Positions 26,071 to 38,881 of a stretch of 58,934 bases of DNA are shown piece by piece. The notes under the pieces were generated by a model. The model saw nothing but the letters and a program-made list of their open reading frames with translations. It was not told the DNA's origin and searched no databases. Source of the stretch: Octopus bimaculoides (Eukaryota); NCBI RefSeq assembly GCF_001194135.2, contig NC_069006.1:2487765-2546698 (forward strand), read 5' to 3'. The stretch's first letter is position 1. Every line of letters begins with the position of its first letter. The translations under genes were made by a program, and so were the position numbers.

Positions 26071-26651
26071 ATAGTCGTGAAGATATAATTACTGGAAAAG
26101 ATTTAATGATGACAGCTTAATCTGGTCGAATCTGTGTCCTTAAAGGTGGAAAGACATATTGGATAATGTATTCCTAGATACACTATGTTGGGTAAGAATA
26201 AGGATTTGAAGAATTGATGACGTTGAATAATTAGGGTTTTCTGATTGACCCCAATAAACTGTCCCTTTCACTTACAATTATGAAACTTTTGTTTATTCAT
26301 TGTCCTTGGCTAGACAGTATTACTGGTATGAGTTACTTCCCTGGGATTTAACAAGAGTGATCTCCCTTGTGCACTTTTCATCCATTTGGCATTACTAATA
26401 TGATGACTATCGATTGCAACTTTAATCTTTTATCTTTAATCTTTTAATTGTTTCAGCCATTGGACAGAGGCCATACTAGAGCACCGCCCTGAAAGGTTTA
26501 GCTGAACAAATCGAGTCCATTTCTTTTTTGACTTTCGTTGTGTTTCGCCGAATCGGTATTGTAAGAGGAATGCAAACAAACCAGCAACGCGGTAAAACGA
26601 TAGCGGAGCATAAAGGTAATTTAACACACAAACACACGCACATACATACAT

Positions 26652-26712
<61 letters not shown>

Positions 26713-27404
26713 CGAACACACATATTGCACTGGGACTCCGTCGCTTGCGACGACCAGTGTTCCAGTTGATCCAATCAACGGAACAACTTGCTCGTGAGAT
26801 TAACGTGCAAGTGGTTGAGCATTCCATATAAACGCGTACCCCTTCACATATTTTTCAGGGAGATTCAGTGTGTGACAAGGCTATCCCTTAAAACACAGGT
26901 AAGATTCATTTTTGCCAGCTGAGTGGACTGGAATATCGTGAAATAAGTGTCTTACTCAAGGACAAAACGCATAACCTGGAATTGAACTCACGACCATACG
27001 AGCCTAATACCGTAACCACTAAGCCATGCACCTTCACACACACATACACACGTGCACACATATACACACACGCATACACACATACATACATACATGCAAG
27101 CATACATGCATACATACATACATACATACATACATACATACATACATACATACAAACATACGTATATACGTATACACAAACGCACATATATATCTATGTA
27201 TATATGTATAGAAAATTCTAACTGGGCCCCACCTGCGAGGTCATGCGGTGTTTATCTTGGTATGAGATCACCATGTCGCGCACATATGGTTGTGATGCAT
27301 GTGCCTGGTGTACCCTTATCAGACGGGTAGTCATGATGGGTATTATGGGCTTCGTATATTTTACCCCAGTGTCACTTTGATGGCATGCACTGCTCTCTCA
27401 CTCA

Positions 27405-27456
<52 letters not shown>

Positions 27457-27458
<2 letters not shown>

Positions 27459-27924
27459 TGATCATAATATAGCGGCGAAAGAATTTGACAAGATCAGTAA
27501 ATATAAAGACTTGCTAATAGAAATTGAAAAAATATGGCACCTCAAGGCGACTACAATACCAGTGATTGTAGGATCTCTAGGAATGATAAAAAAGGTACTG
27601 AAACCTATTTGAAAATNNNNNNNNNNNNNNNNNNNNNNNNNNNNNNNNNNNNNNNNNNNNNNNNNNNNNNNNNNNNNNNNNNNNNNNNNNNNNNNNNNNN
27701 NNNNNNNNNNNNNNNNNNNNNNNNNNNNNNNNNNNNNNNNNNNNNNNNNNNNNNNNNNNNNNNNNNNNNNNNNNNNNNNNNNNNNNNNNNNNNNNNNNAA
27801 ATACATGTTTTACCTATGAATTTGCGTGTGTAAATTGGGAATGCATACAACGAGTTTCTCTGCCCTAGGTGTACGGAAAACACTCGGCGAGAAATGGGAA
27901 AAAATTTGAAGAAGAAGAAAAAAC

Positions 27925-27972
<48 letters not shown>

Positions 27973-28561
27973 TTATTATTATGAGACACTACAAGGCATC
28001 CCAAAACCTCCACTGGCTACTATGCCGGAAGTATGGATATGAGGTTACGGGTGCTTGGAACGACCATATACCAGAGATGGTAATGGACGAAAAGGGGAAG
28101 GCAAAAATACGCTGGGACTCTGACTTCCAGACAGACAAAGTGTTAGAGCACCAATGACCGGATATAGTAACATTTAGGAGGAACAAACAAGAGTGCCTAA
28201 TAACTGACGTGGCACGTCCTGGAGATCAACATATCATCATGAAAGAAAGAGAAATGGTTGATAAATATGCAGACATGAAAATTGAAATCGCAAAGATGTG
28301 GCAGACACATAAAGTTTATCCTTATCGTCATCGGAGTATTGGGTTCAATACCACCCAATCTGAAGAAGCATCTGAAAACCTTAGAAATACCTTACAATCT
28401 AGATGTATTGCAAAAGTCGGCATTACTTGGAACTGCACGCATATTGCATAAAGTACTGTCTGTATGAGATCCTTACCGTCACTTGACAAACAGTACAAAT
28501 CCTCCGGTTGACACAATATCTTCAATCAACAACCTCATGATATTGTATACTGTGTGACGTC

Positions 28562-28595
<34 letters not shown>

Positions 28596-29136
28596 TGTAT
28601 CGATTCTCTGGGACTTCCCCGTACATACTGACAAGGCTATAAAAGCTAATAAACCGGATATTATTATAAAAGATCATACAAAGAAGGCGTGTTTATTAAT
28701 TGACATGAGTATTCCCTCTGATCATAATGTAGCGGCGAAAGAATTTGACAAGATCAGTAAATATAAAGACTTGCTAATAGAAATTGAACAAATGTAGCAC
28801 CTCAAGGCGACTACCATACCAGTGATTGTAGGATCTCTAGGAATGATTAAAAAAAAGGTACTGAAACCTATTTGAAAATGATACCAGGCTTACCATCTCT
28901 ACAGGAAGTGCAAAAAATCGTGCTAACTGGAAAGACTCATGTACTGAGAAGAGCATTATCGCTGTGAAAACAACATCCATTCATGAATTTTTTTTTTCTT
29001 AAATACATGTTTTACCTGTGAATTTGCGTGTGTAAACTGGGAATGCATACAACGAGCTTCTCTGCCCTAGGTGTACGGAAAACACTCGGCAAGAAATGGA
29101 AGAAAATTTGAAGAAAGAAGAAGAAAAAAATCAACA
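27457..29136 (+). mobile_element. Cluster of three 5'-truncated R4/Dong-like LINE 3' ends (27457-27926, 27969-28562, 28593-29136), each bounded by (AAT)n
   Basis: WDSDFQTD..PDIV..DVARP..KYADMKIE; WDFPVHTD..KPDIII..IDMSIP..KYKDLLIE; PD-(D/E)xK-type endonuclease C-termini. Confidence 0.8.
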
Positions 29137-30279
29137 TAATAATAATGATAATAATAATAGTTTCAAAATTTGCCACAAGGGCAGCAATGAATCGATTACA
29201 TCGACCTCTGTATCCAACTAGTATTTGCTTTATCGACCCCGAAAATATTAAAAGCAAATCGACCGCAACGGTATTTGAACTCAGAACGTAAAGATGGATG
29301 AAATGCCGCTAATCATTTTTCCCGGCACACTAGTGATTTTTCCAGCTCACCGCTGTGAATTTTAATATTTCGGTCTGTGAAGTAGCACGATTTAAATACC
29401 TCAGAATATGAGTTTAAAGAATTTGTCCACTTAACGCTGAATCATCAAATTTCTCTTCATTTATCGTTTGATCTTCAAACATGATAAGAAAAATGCTTTC
29501 CCCCAACCGACTGAAAGAATGTGTTTGTTGTAGCCGCCCTTAAATGCAATATATGTCAAGTCTAATTAAATTTGTTTAGTAAGGTTTGTCAACTTTATTT
29601 TGATTCAGAATGCATACTTTTTGCTGTAGAATTTGCCTAGGTAACTTTTCAAAATTTCTTGTTAAATATCAAAGGTGCCTGTGCGCAACTGAAGAATACA
29701 AAATATAATTTTCTCAAATTCCAAAGAGTTATGAAAGGAGTTACAATTTCGCCATAGTTAAATAAAATTGCGTGGCTAAACTAATCTTAAAACAAAAATG
29801 TGTTTAATAACTATACTAATTATTTACGCCAGGTTAATGAGCTTACCTTTTGGACTGGCTTGATAGGTGCAACAATTATACAAATACTTTCGCTATATGT
29901 CTTGGCTCTAGATGGTGTGCAAAGCATTAAATGTTAAAAATGAAAGCGATAAACTATAATATGAAACTTTTAGCTCCTTTGAATGTCACGTCATGTTCTT
30001 CCAACAGCATCTATAATTTTTGTGCATTCATAGAACAATTCTGCATATACGTGGCAAATAAAATAATGAACTTAGGGCACATCAGTCAGTATAAGTTGAC
30101 TGACAAGGTTAGATACTACAGGTAGGAATGTTTGAATGCTCAACTGCAACAAAATAACAACCAGAATGTTTCCTGCTTCCCAGCAAAATGTCTTGAACGG
30201 CTACGTTATCAGAATAGAATAGAATAACCTTATCATAGATAAACCGGGTAAATATTGAAACAGCAACCATTATTTCATC

Positions 30280-30800
30280 TCACACATTTAAGCGTATACT
30301 TTTAAAGTACTGGAACACATACTAACGATATACCAGTTGCAGAAAAAAGACTGGTATACACGTATACTCTTATATGTGGCAACCGATGAAAGCTTTAGAT
30401 GTAACACAAAAGTAGGCTCCTTCATTACTAAAAAAGCTGTCCGGAAAATGTTGTGACAATAAAATCTAATCATAAGGAATGATATAGTTCCTGAAGCAAT
30501 ATTAAATGTAGGCAGAATGCTCGCCCTTAATTTGAAGAAATACTGGATGAATGCTCCTGTCAAAGTCTTTGTGGGACTGCCCAATAAACGTGATGTAATT
30601 AGTTAGAAACGAAAACCTGCAGCGGAAATATCAGTAATCCAGTCGATATCAACAGAAATTGAAAACAATCTGGTTGATCTAATGTGAACCGGTGTGTAAT
30701 TTTAGGTATACGCTTGTGGTTATTGGAACACTTTGTTATGCAACTCTGTATCAAGTTTTTGGATTTCATGCATTTTTAACCGATACGTTATACCACGTTT
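30280..30800 (+). mobile_element. Possible Tc1-like transposase remnant
   Basis: VATDESF and a frameshifted PVDIN..IEN.W resembling SPDLNPIENxW. Confidence 0.4.
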
Positions 30801-31801
30801 AGAAAATTAATCTTTCGTTATCCAAGAATAGGATAGAGCACAAATTTACTTTCCTAAACAGGGAATCTTTGAAGTCCAACCCCTATAAAAAAGATCAATT
30901 AATATCCTTTGATGACTTACCCTTTCTAACTGTTCCTTCTCTTTCTTCATTCCCTCTCTCTCTTCTCCCCCTCTCTCTCTCTCACTTTCTGTCTCATTTA
31001 TTTTATCTATTTTATTCCTCCCTCTCTCCTCCTCATTATTTCATTTATTTTTCTACACATAACTTATCCACAACTACGTCTCTTATTTCTGACTAAAATT
31101 TTATCTTATGGCGACAGCTTGAGTATTTATTAGAAGCCAACTCTCGCCCTCACACTGTACATTTTTCACTTTTCAGTTTTCTAACTTGCTTTTCTTTTTA
31201 TATTCTAAGCACTTTCTTCTTACAAAATCTTAGCATCTGTGATTGTCCTGCATAATGCATACATACATATACACATACATACATATACGTACATACATGC
31301 ATGCATACAAACATGTATATTTGCATACATGCATACACGTATTTATGCATGCAAGCATGCATGTATGTATGTATATATGCAACTCCACATTTATACACAC
31401 TCATATATGATCATATATATAATTATATACTGTGGCTGAATTAAAATACAAACCATTTAACTAGTCCCATGTACACTTTTATTCATCAAAAGAGAAAACT
31501 GCGAACAGAGCACATTATACTTCAAGACATTATTCGAGTACATACAGAGAGATTAAACAAAAGCAACAAAAGAGAGAGTTTGTTAATAGATGATTTAGTT
31601 ACGTCATTTACACGTTTAATTAGGAAAAATAGATTATAATACTAAATCTTCAGAAAGCACGTTTATGATTTATATTGGAAATGTATTTATCTAAAAATGA
31701 ATATTCAGGTAAGATTAGTAACTTGTTAATTTTATATTAATGGACAAGCAAATTAAGTTTAAAATGTTAGTCTTCCCCTCATGAAAGCTAAGCATGTCAA
31801 G

Positions 31802-31983
31802 CTAGTACAGATTGAGTTTTTTCTGAATTGGTTTAGAGCACATGTGGCACTCCTTCAAACTCTCTCCACACTCTTTGCAAACGGTGTGACCACATTCAAA
31901 CGCCATATTACGAGGCCTGTCCATGCAAATCGGACATGTAACCCTTTCTTCCAACTCTTCAATTCTTTTTTGCTGAGGATCAT
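31802..31983 (-). CDS. MIB2: Paralogue B terminal exon, C-terminal RING plus stop
   Basis: cattccag acceptor; [26 protein letters not shown]. Confidence 0.93.
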
Positions 31984-33501
31984 CTGGAATGCAAAATATA
32001 CAATAAACGTCGACACACCTGAATGGACATCGTAGGTAAATATATACAAAAGTATTCGTTTGCATACAATACTTTCAGAAGAAAAGATAGGTATTAAGAA
32101 AGAAAGAAAAATATTCTTTTATATTTTACATGTTTCATTCACTGGGCTGGGGCCATAGTGGATCGCCATCTAGAAGGGTTTAGTCTTACTTATGAAGTTC
32201 TAATTTAGCACAATTTTATTCTCTTTGGAGATCGTCTGCATAACACAACTTGATATAAATTAATTAAAGATTGGTTTTTAAATATTTGTGGAGAAACAAT
32301 TTGGCAACAAGATTAACAGATTGATAAGTAGAAAAATCAAACAACAAACAGATAAAAGAGACATATTAACAGACGGAGAATCAAACAGATAATGTATGCA
32401 TTAAAAAAATATGGCTTACGAATAGTAATTTTGTCAGCTATAAGCACTTTACACTGCAAGCAATGTTTAACCGGAACTCTTACGTTGCAGTGTTCACAGA
32501 TCAACACGTGACAGCAAGGCTGGAACAGTACAGTAGCCTGTTTATTAGAACACAACATACAATCTTTATTATTACTTCTTCGTTCTTCAATTTGTGCTCC
32601 ACATGGTTGTTCCGTTCTACGGAAGAAAAAAAAGTAATCAGTTAAGAAAAGAATATTTACTAAAGCTGACCAATGGATAAAACTTATTCCAATATTAAAT
32701 ATTGTGGTTTATATAAATATTTCACACATTGTATATAAATGAATATCAAAATGTCATGTGAAAAAAATCCTTATAGAAATATTAGCGTATATTGAAGTTT
32801 TGGCATGTAAAAGTGTGTGCTATAAAACTCTGATTGATCTTAAACGATGAGATCTGGACTGTAAATGGTCACTTGCCTAGTGTGTGTATATGTGATGGAT
32901 AGCAACGAAAGGTCATTGGTTGGAGAACCTACTAAGTACAAAGATGTTGATGTCTATGTGGAAGTTAAGAGCTTAGAGTGTCTGTGCCACAGTTAAGGAT
33001 GTGTAATGAGGATGTAACTAGCTGATATATAAAATTAAGATTTATATTTAAAAAATCGATTATTGCTTTAACACAAACGAAATGTCTCCCAAAATCAGAT
33101 TTCTGATTGAAAGTCATTTCATTTCTTCTTCCTAATAATCTCAGATGTCATTCCCGTTTTCACAAAGTACTCAAAAAATAAAAGCGGAATTTGCGGTTTT
33201 ATCTTCAAAATTTAAACAAGAGGCAATAAGTTTATTTTACGAATGTCCTCGCATACTTACGACAATGAGGCGACTTTCACCAGCTTCTCTATCAATGATT
33301 GATCACTCATGATGTCCAAAGGCATAACATCTTGACGGTTTTTATAATAAGGGTTTGCACCTTTATGTACTAAATAGCAGGCTATGACCACCTCAGCGCG
33401 TTCACTTTCATCTAATCCAAGCTGAGATCTAATCTGTATATGCAAGAGAAATAGTAAAGAAAAACTTAGTGAAAGTAAATAACACACACACACATACACA
33501 C

Positions 33502-33570
<69 letters not shown>

Positions 33571-36500
33571 NNNNNNNNNNNNNNNNNNNNNNNNNNNNNN
33601 NNNNNNNNNNNNNNNNNNNNNNNNNNNNNNNNNNNNNNNNNNNNNNNNNNNNNNNNNNNNNNNNNNNNNNNNNNNNNNNNNNNNNNNNNNNNNNNNNNNN
33701 NNNNNNNNNNNNNNNNNNNNNNNNNNNNNNNNNNNNNNNNNNNNNNNNNNNNNNNNNNNNNNNNNNNNNNNNNNNNNNNNNNNNNNNNNNNNNNNNNNNN
33801 NNNNNNNNNNNNNNNNNNNNNNNNNNNNNNNNNNNNNNNNNNNNNNNNNNNNNNNNNNNNNNNNNNNNNNNNNNNNNNNNNNNNNNNNNNNNNNNNNNNN
33901 NNNNNNNNNNNNNNNNNNNNNNNNNNNNNNNNNNNNNNNNNNNNNNNNNNNNNNNNNNNNNNNNNNNNNNNNNNNNNNNNNTTAGAAAAATGTTATAGAA
34001 TTTTGAGTATAGAAACATTGTTTTTGGAGATATAACCGGTTTCGTATTCTCATTTCAAATTTCTGTACCTGTATCGTAACATGTCTTCGCTACGGCGTAA
34101 AATATGGATTTCTAGATAGGGGAAGGTAATCAGGTATAAGGGAGATAATCAAAAATGTTGGGGATGATAGATTTTGATTAATTTAACATGATTTGGTTTA
34201 GAAGGAGTAGAATGTTACAAGTGGTTAGGTTTTGCTTTATATTTTTTCTATGATGTTAGTTTCCTTATTTAAAAGTGTTAGCAATGGTTAAGTTTCGGCT
34301 TATATTTTTCAATGAAGAAATTTTCTTTATTTAATCTAATTTGTGTCGGTGTCCCAATGGCACATTGATAGAATGGAAAGATTATAAATTGTGGTAGCAT
34401 TTGTTTTGCGCATTTCTCAATATGTTCACTAAAGGGTATCATTCTGTACTCAGGGAATGCAATCTGCTGGCGATGCAGAGTGCATCTGCGTCTGAGCGAT
34501 AATCCCGTGGACTCTATGTAGTCTAATGTCTCTGGTATTTTGTTCTGACACTATTGTGCATATCCTTCTTGCAAGGTTGAAGAGGATGTTTGTTTTGGTG
34601 TGTCTTGGGTGGCATGAATCAAATAGTAGATATTGTTTGGCGTCTGTGGTTTTGTAAAATATGTCCGTTTCTATTTTTAAGTTTACTTTTTTAATTAGTA
34701 TATCCAAGCAAAAGGCGGTGCCCCAGCATGGCCCCAACATGGCCGCAGTCAGATGGCTGAAACAAGTAAAAGAGTAAAAGAGTAAGAATGGGAGCTCCTT
34801 TTGGTTGTATTTCATTGTGAACTGTATGTTTGGGTTGACGCTGTTCAATAGTCTTTTGAATTTCAGGAGTTTATCTGTGTTTTCATTCCAGATTATGAAA
34901 GTCGTCCAGGAATCTTTTCTAATTTTCTTTTATGTATTGGGAAAGGGGGTTTCCAAAGGTAGATAAAGATTCCTGGTATATTATTACTTCCAAGTAACCT
35001 ATTTTTAGGTTCGCAATGATTGGAGCTGCCCTAGTGCCCATAGCAATTCCGGATTTATGTCGGTAAAATGCATTGTCAAACATGAAGTGGTTGTTTCGTA
35101 AGATGAATTCAACCGATTTAGTTATGAATTCTTTACTGATCCTGTTTGGGATTTCTTCCGGGAATTGGTCCAGTCAGAACTGAATTGCCTCTAGTTCATA
35201 ATTATGAGGTATACTGGTGTATAAATTAATCACGTCAAATGAGACCATGATTGTTTCTTCCTTGACTTTCTTTGGGAAGTGATTTAACATATCCAAGTCA
35301 TCTCTGATATAGCTAGGAAGGGTTATGTACATCCTCCTAAAACCCTTCCTTAAACAAATCACGATACATTCAGTTAGATAATCATACAACTGATCAGNNN
35401 NNNNNNNNNNNNNNNNNNNNNNNNNNNNNNNNNNNNNNNNNNNNNNNNNNNNNNNNNNNNNNNNNNNNNNNNNNNNNNNNNNNNNNNNNNNNNNNNNNNN
35501 NNNNNNNNNNNNNNNNNNNNNNNNNNNNNNNNNNNNNNNNNNNNNNNNNNNNNNNNNNNNNNNNNNNNNNNNNNNNNNNNNNNNNNNNNNNNNNNNNNGT
35601 TTTCAGACACATACCGACATGCATGAATAAAATGTTTTCAGACACATACCGACATGCATGAATAAAATGTTTTCAGACACATACCGACATGCATGAATAA
35701 AATGTTTTCAGACACATACCGACATGCATGAATAAAATTTAAATGTCACTTACGTTTTCTATTATCTTTAAATCATCTTTACTAATGCTGACATTTTGCC
35801 TTGAGACCGCCAAATGTAAGCAGATATTTCCATCTTCATCTTCGACATTGACTTCAGCCCCTTTTAATATCAATAATTCAATTAGACCGATATGGCCCTG
35901 CGTCGCAGCCAGAAACAACGGCGTCTGTCCACTACTGTTTTTAATGTTTATCTCTGCACGCCCCTAAAAAACAAAGACAGGCATATTATTGGCAATAAGT
36001 GGCATTGGTGATGATAATGATGGTGGTGTTTTTGTTAGTAGTGGTGGAGTATGGTGATGAGGATAGTGACAGGGATAATTATGGCAAGGATAGTGTTGCT
36101 GATAGTGGTAGCGTAGAGAGTGACGGTGGTGGTGATGATGAGGATGTGGGGTATAAAGGGTTTTTTGGAATGATGATAATAATTTGATGATAGTGACGGT
36201 GAAGGAAATGGTGGTGATGGTGGTACTGATGAGGCTGACGATGGAGGTGGTGGTGTTGACGATGGTGACGGTGATGATGGTGCTGGTGGGTGGTGGAGAA
36301 TAGAGATAGCGGTGAAGAGGACTGTGAATGTAGTCGTTGTAGTAGTAGTAGTAATCGTGATGGTGGTGTTTGTGAAGGAGGTGGTTTTGATTGTGGTGGC
36401 CATGATGATGGTGTGAGTGATAGTAAAAGTATTGGTGATAATGATGTTGTGAATGTACTGATGGTGATGATGACGATGATGGTGGTGGTGGTGGTGATGG

Positions 36501-38839
36501 TGATGTTGGAGGTATTAATGGCGTTCGTAGTAATTGTGGTAGTGGTGACGATGGTGGTGCTCGTGGGGGTGGCGATAGTGGTGATAGAGTTAGTGTTGGA
36601 GTAAGGAAGTTTAGGGAAGTGAAGGAAGAAATTGGTGGGGGGAGCATGTTTACGAAATTTTCACCTTCGTTTAACTCTTTCACTTTTTTGTTATTAAGTA
36701 CGAAATAAGAAATTAAATATGAATCATATTTTAATAATTATATAGTTGAACTGTAATTATTATTTCTATGAGTAAATTAAGCACGAAATAGATTTTCTCT
36801 TCTTTACAGATGAACCAATCAAACATGAGAAACCGAGCAACAAATCAGTTACTGGGGGGAAAAAAACAATCAGAGAATATGTACGATCTACTAGAAATAG
36901 CAGCCAAATTTCTCTTTAAAAGTATCCTGAGGAAAATATAGAATAAAATATAAAACGAACCAAGGGAAATAACGCAAATGGCTTAATTGAATATCCCTTC
37001 AGTTGCAGAAAGAAAACAACGATTAAAAGCAAATAGCTGTAATTGTTAGCAACGCTGAAAAGAAAAGGGGGAAGATAACTACATGAAATTAAGTCCTTGA
37101 TTCCAATGTGCTTGGTTGAATTAGACTATATCTATTCATTCTTATCGAGTAAATGACTATGAGGGTAAGGGTCTCTTTTCAATGAAGCTGATTGGTGCAC
37201 TTCAGCAGAAGCCTGAACAAATGGGGAGAGATTTTGTTTCATGTTATGAATCACTTGTGTGGAAATGTATTGTAATCGTATATATTTGCTAGTGATGGAA
37301 ATGCTTAATAGGTTATTGAGCGATGAGGTGGCGTATATTTGTGTCTACGTGCTTCTGTGTGTGTATGTGTTTGTTTGTGTGTGTCTGTGTGTTTTGTGTG
37401 CTTGTGTGTCTGTGTGTGTACACATGTGCCTATACTACAGACATAATTTGGTTTCAAACATCAAGGGTAAGACTGAACTTGTAGTTCGCTCATTCATTTG
37501 TTTGGTAAAAATCAAAGTATGATCTTTCCTAAGAAGAAAGACGATCATTCGAAGAAACGATTATCTGAGTTTAAGAGAATAAGCAAATTCGGTCCGCAAG
37601 GATTAGTCGTTTGGAGGGGAGGGATTAGTCGCTACATCGACGCTAGTTCTTCATTTATGCTTATATATCATACAGACTGGAGGGATAAGGGTCAATTTAT
37701 CTTTGGTAGGATTTGAAGTGTTATTATCCGGAAGAAATACTACAAGGTATTTTTCCGCCATTCTAATAATTCCACTAGCTTGCCACCTTTTCTTGTTGAT
37801 CAAATTAATTACTGTTTATGATTTGGGTACAAGGCCTGTAACTATTGGTATCATCAACTGAAGCACTTGACAGGTATTTTATTTTAGTCGATCACGACGG
37901 AATGATAGGCAAACTTGACCTCAGCAGGATAGCAACTTAAAAATGTAAAGAAGCAGAAAAATTAGCATTGGACATTTTATCCACGATTTAACGATCTGAC
38001 CAGTTCCCTACTTTATTCATTAAATTAATAATACTGATAAACTGTGTGCAATTTAGATTATTTAAGGAATATATTTATTGAACGTAACTAAATTTCAGTA
38101 AATTTTCTACAGACGTAACTTATCTCCCCTTTTTTAGTTTCTGTCTGGCAGCATTGTAGCCTGAACAAGTATCTCCTGCTATAACTTCGAGCTAAAATTA
38201 TAGCAGAAAACACTTGAAAGGACAGACGGATATTTGGTAGACGGAAACTGTGTGGAAGCCCGTCAGTGTATCTGTTTCTGGCTGTTAAATTTAATACATC
38301 TCCTGAATCAGTATATGCCTGATCGAACTTCTTAAATACCTGTCAATCTATAGATATCAAGGTTTCTTGTCAGAGCAAGCTATCAAATTGATACCTGAAT
38401 TCAGAATCTTACTTAGGAATGTCTTAAAGTAACAATTCCACAATTTGTTCTTCAGTCGAATCTGGAATTAAGTATGCATCCATAGTTAACAAATCTGATC
38501 ACGTCCAGAAATCGAAATTCAGTGTAAATATTCTGTGAATATACATTGTAAAGATGAAATTAATAGTTTGAAAAATAATGATCTTAATAAAACAAAACTA
38601 AGGATATTGCTGCCCTTCATTTAGTTATATAGCTTTATAGTTCGGATCCCATGTTGCAGTAAGTTCTCTCTTAGCAATAGCTATGTAACTGATGCTAAGG
38701 ATTGGAGAACCTTTAGAAATGTGCTTCGTGAAGTCAACGATAATGTGTGTTGATTACTTATCCAGATTATTATCAGTCCAAATATAATTGAGACACTTTG
38801 AAACTGGGGAGCCAGCTACTCATTGCGTTTTGGCACGGA

Positions 38840-38881
<42 letters not shown>

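Noticed and set aside
31478-31483. AATAAA on the - strand about 320 nt after the paralogue B stop (and ATTAAA at 8361 for A)
   Set aside because: Plausible poly(A) signals, but expected by chance in AT-rich DNA; needs transcript ends.
8261-31801. Possible third MIB2-like copy or other host gene in the spacer
   Set aside because: No ankyrin, RING or other host exon recognised; gaps of about 3.2 kb in total remain unseen.
35599-35738. CRISPR-like 35-bp repeats
   Set aside because: No spacers, no cas genes, eukaryotic intron; a simple minisatellite.
35964-36683. Pro/His/Thr-rich ORFs of up to 239 aa
   Set aside because: Low-complexity intronic tract; open in several frames on both strands with no domain signal.
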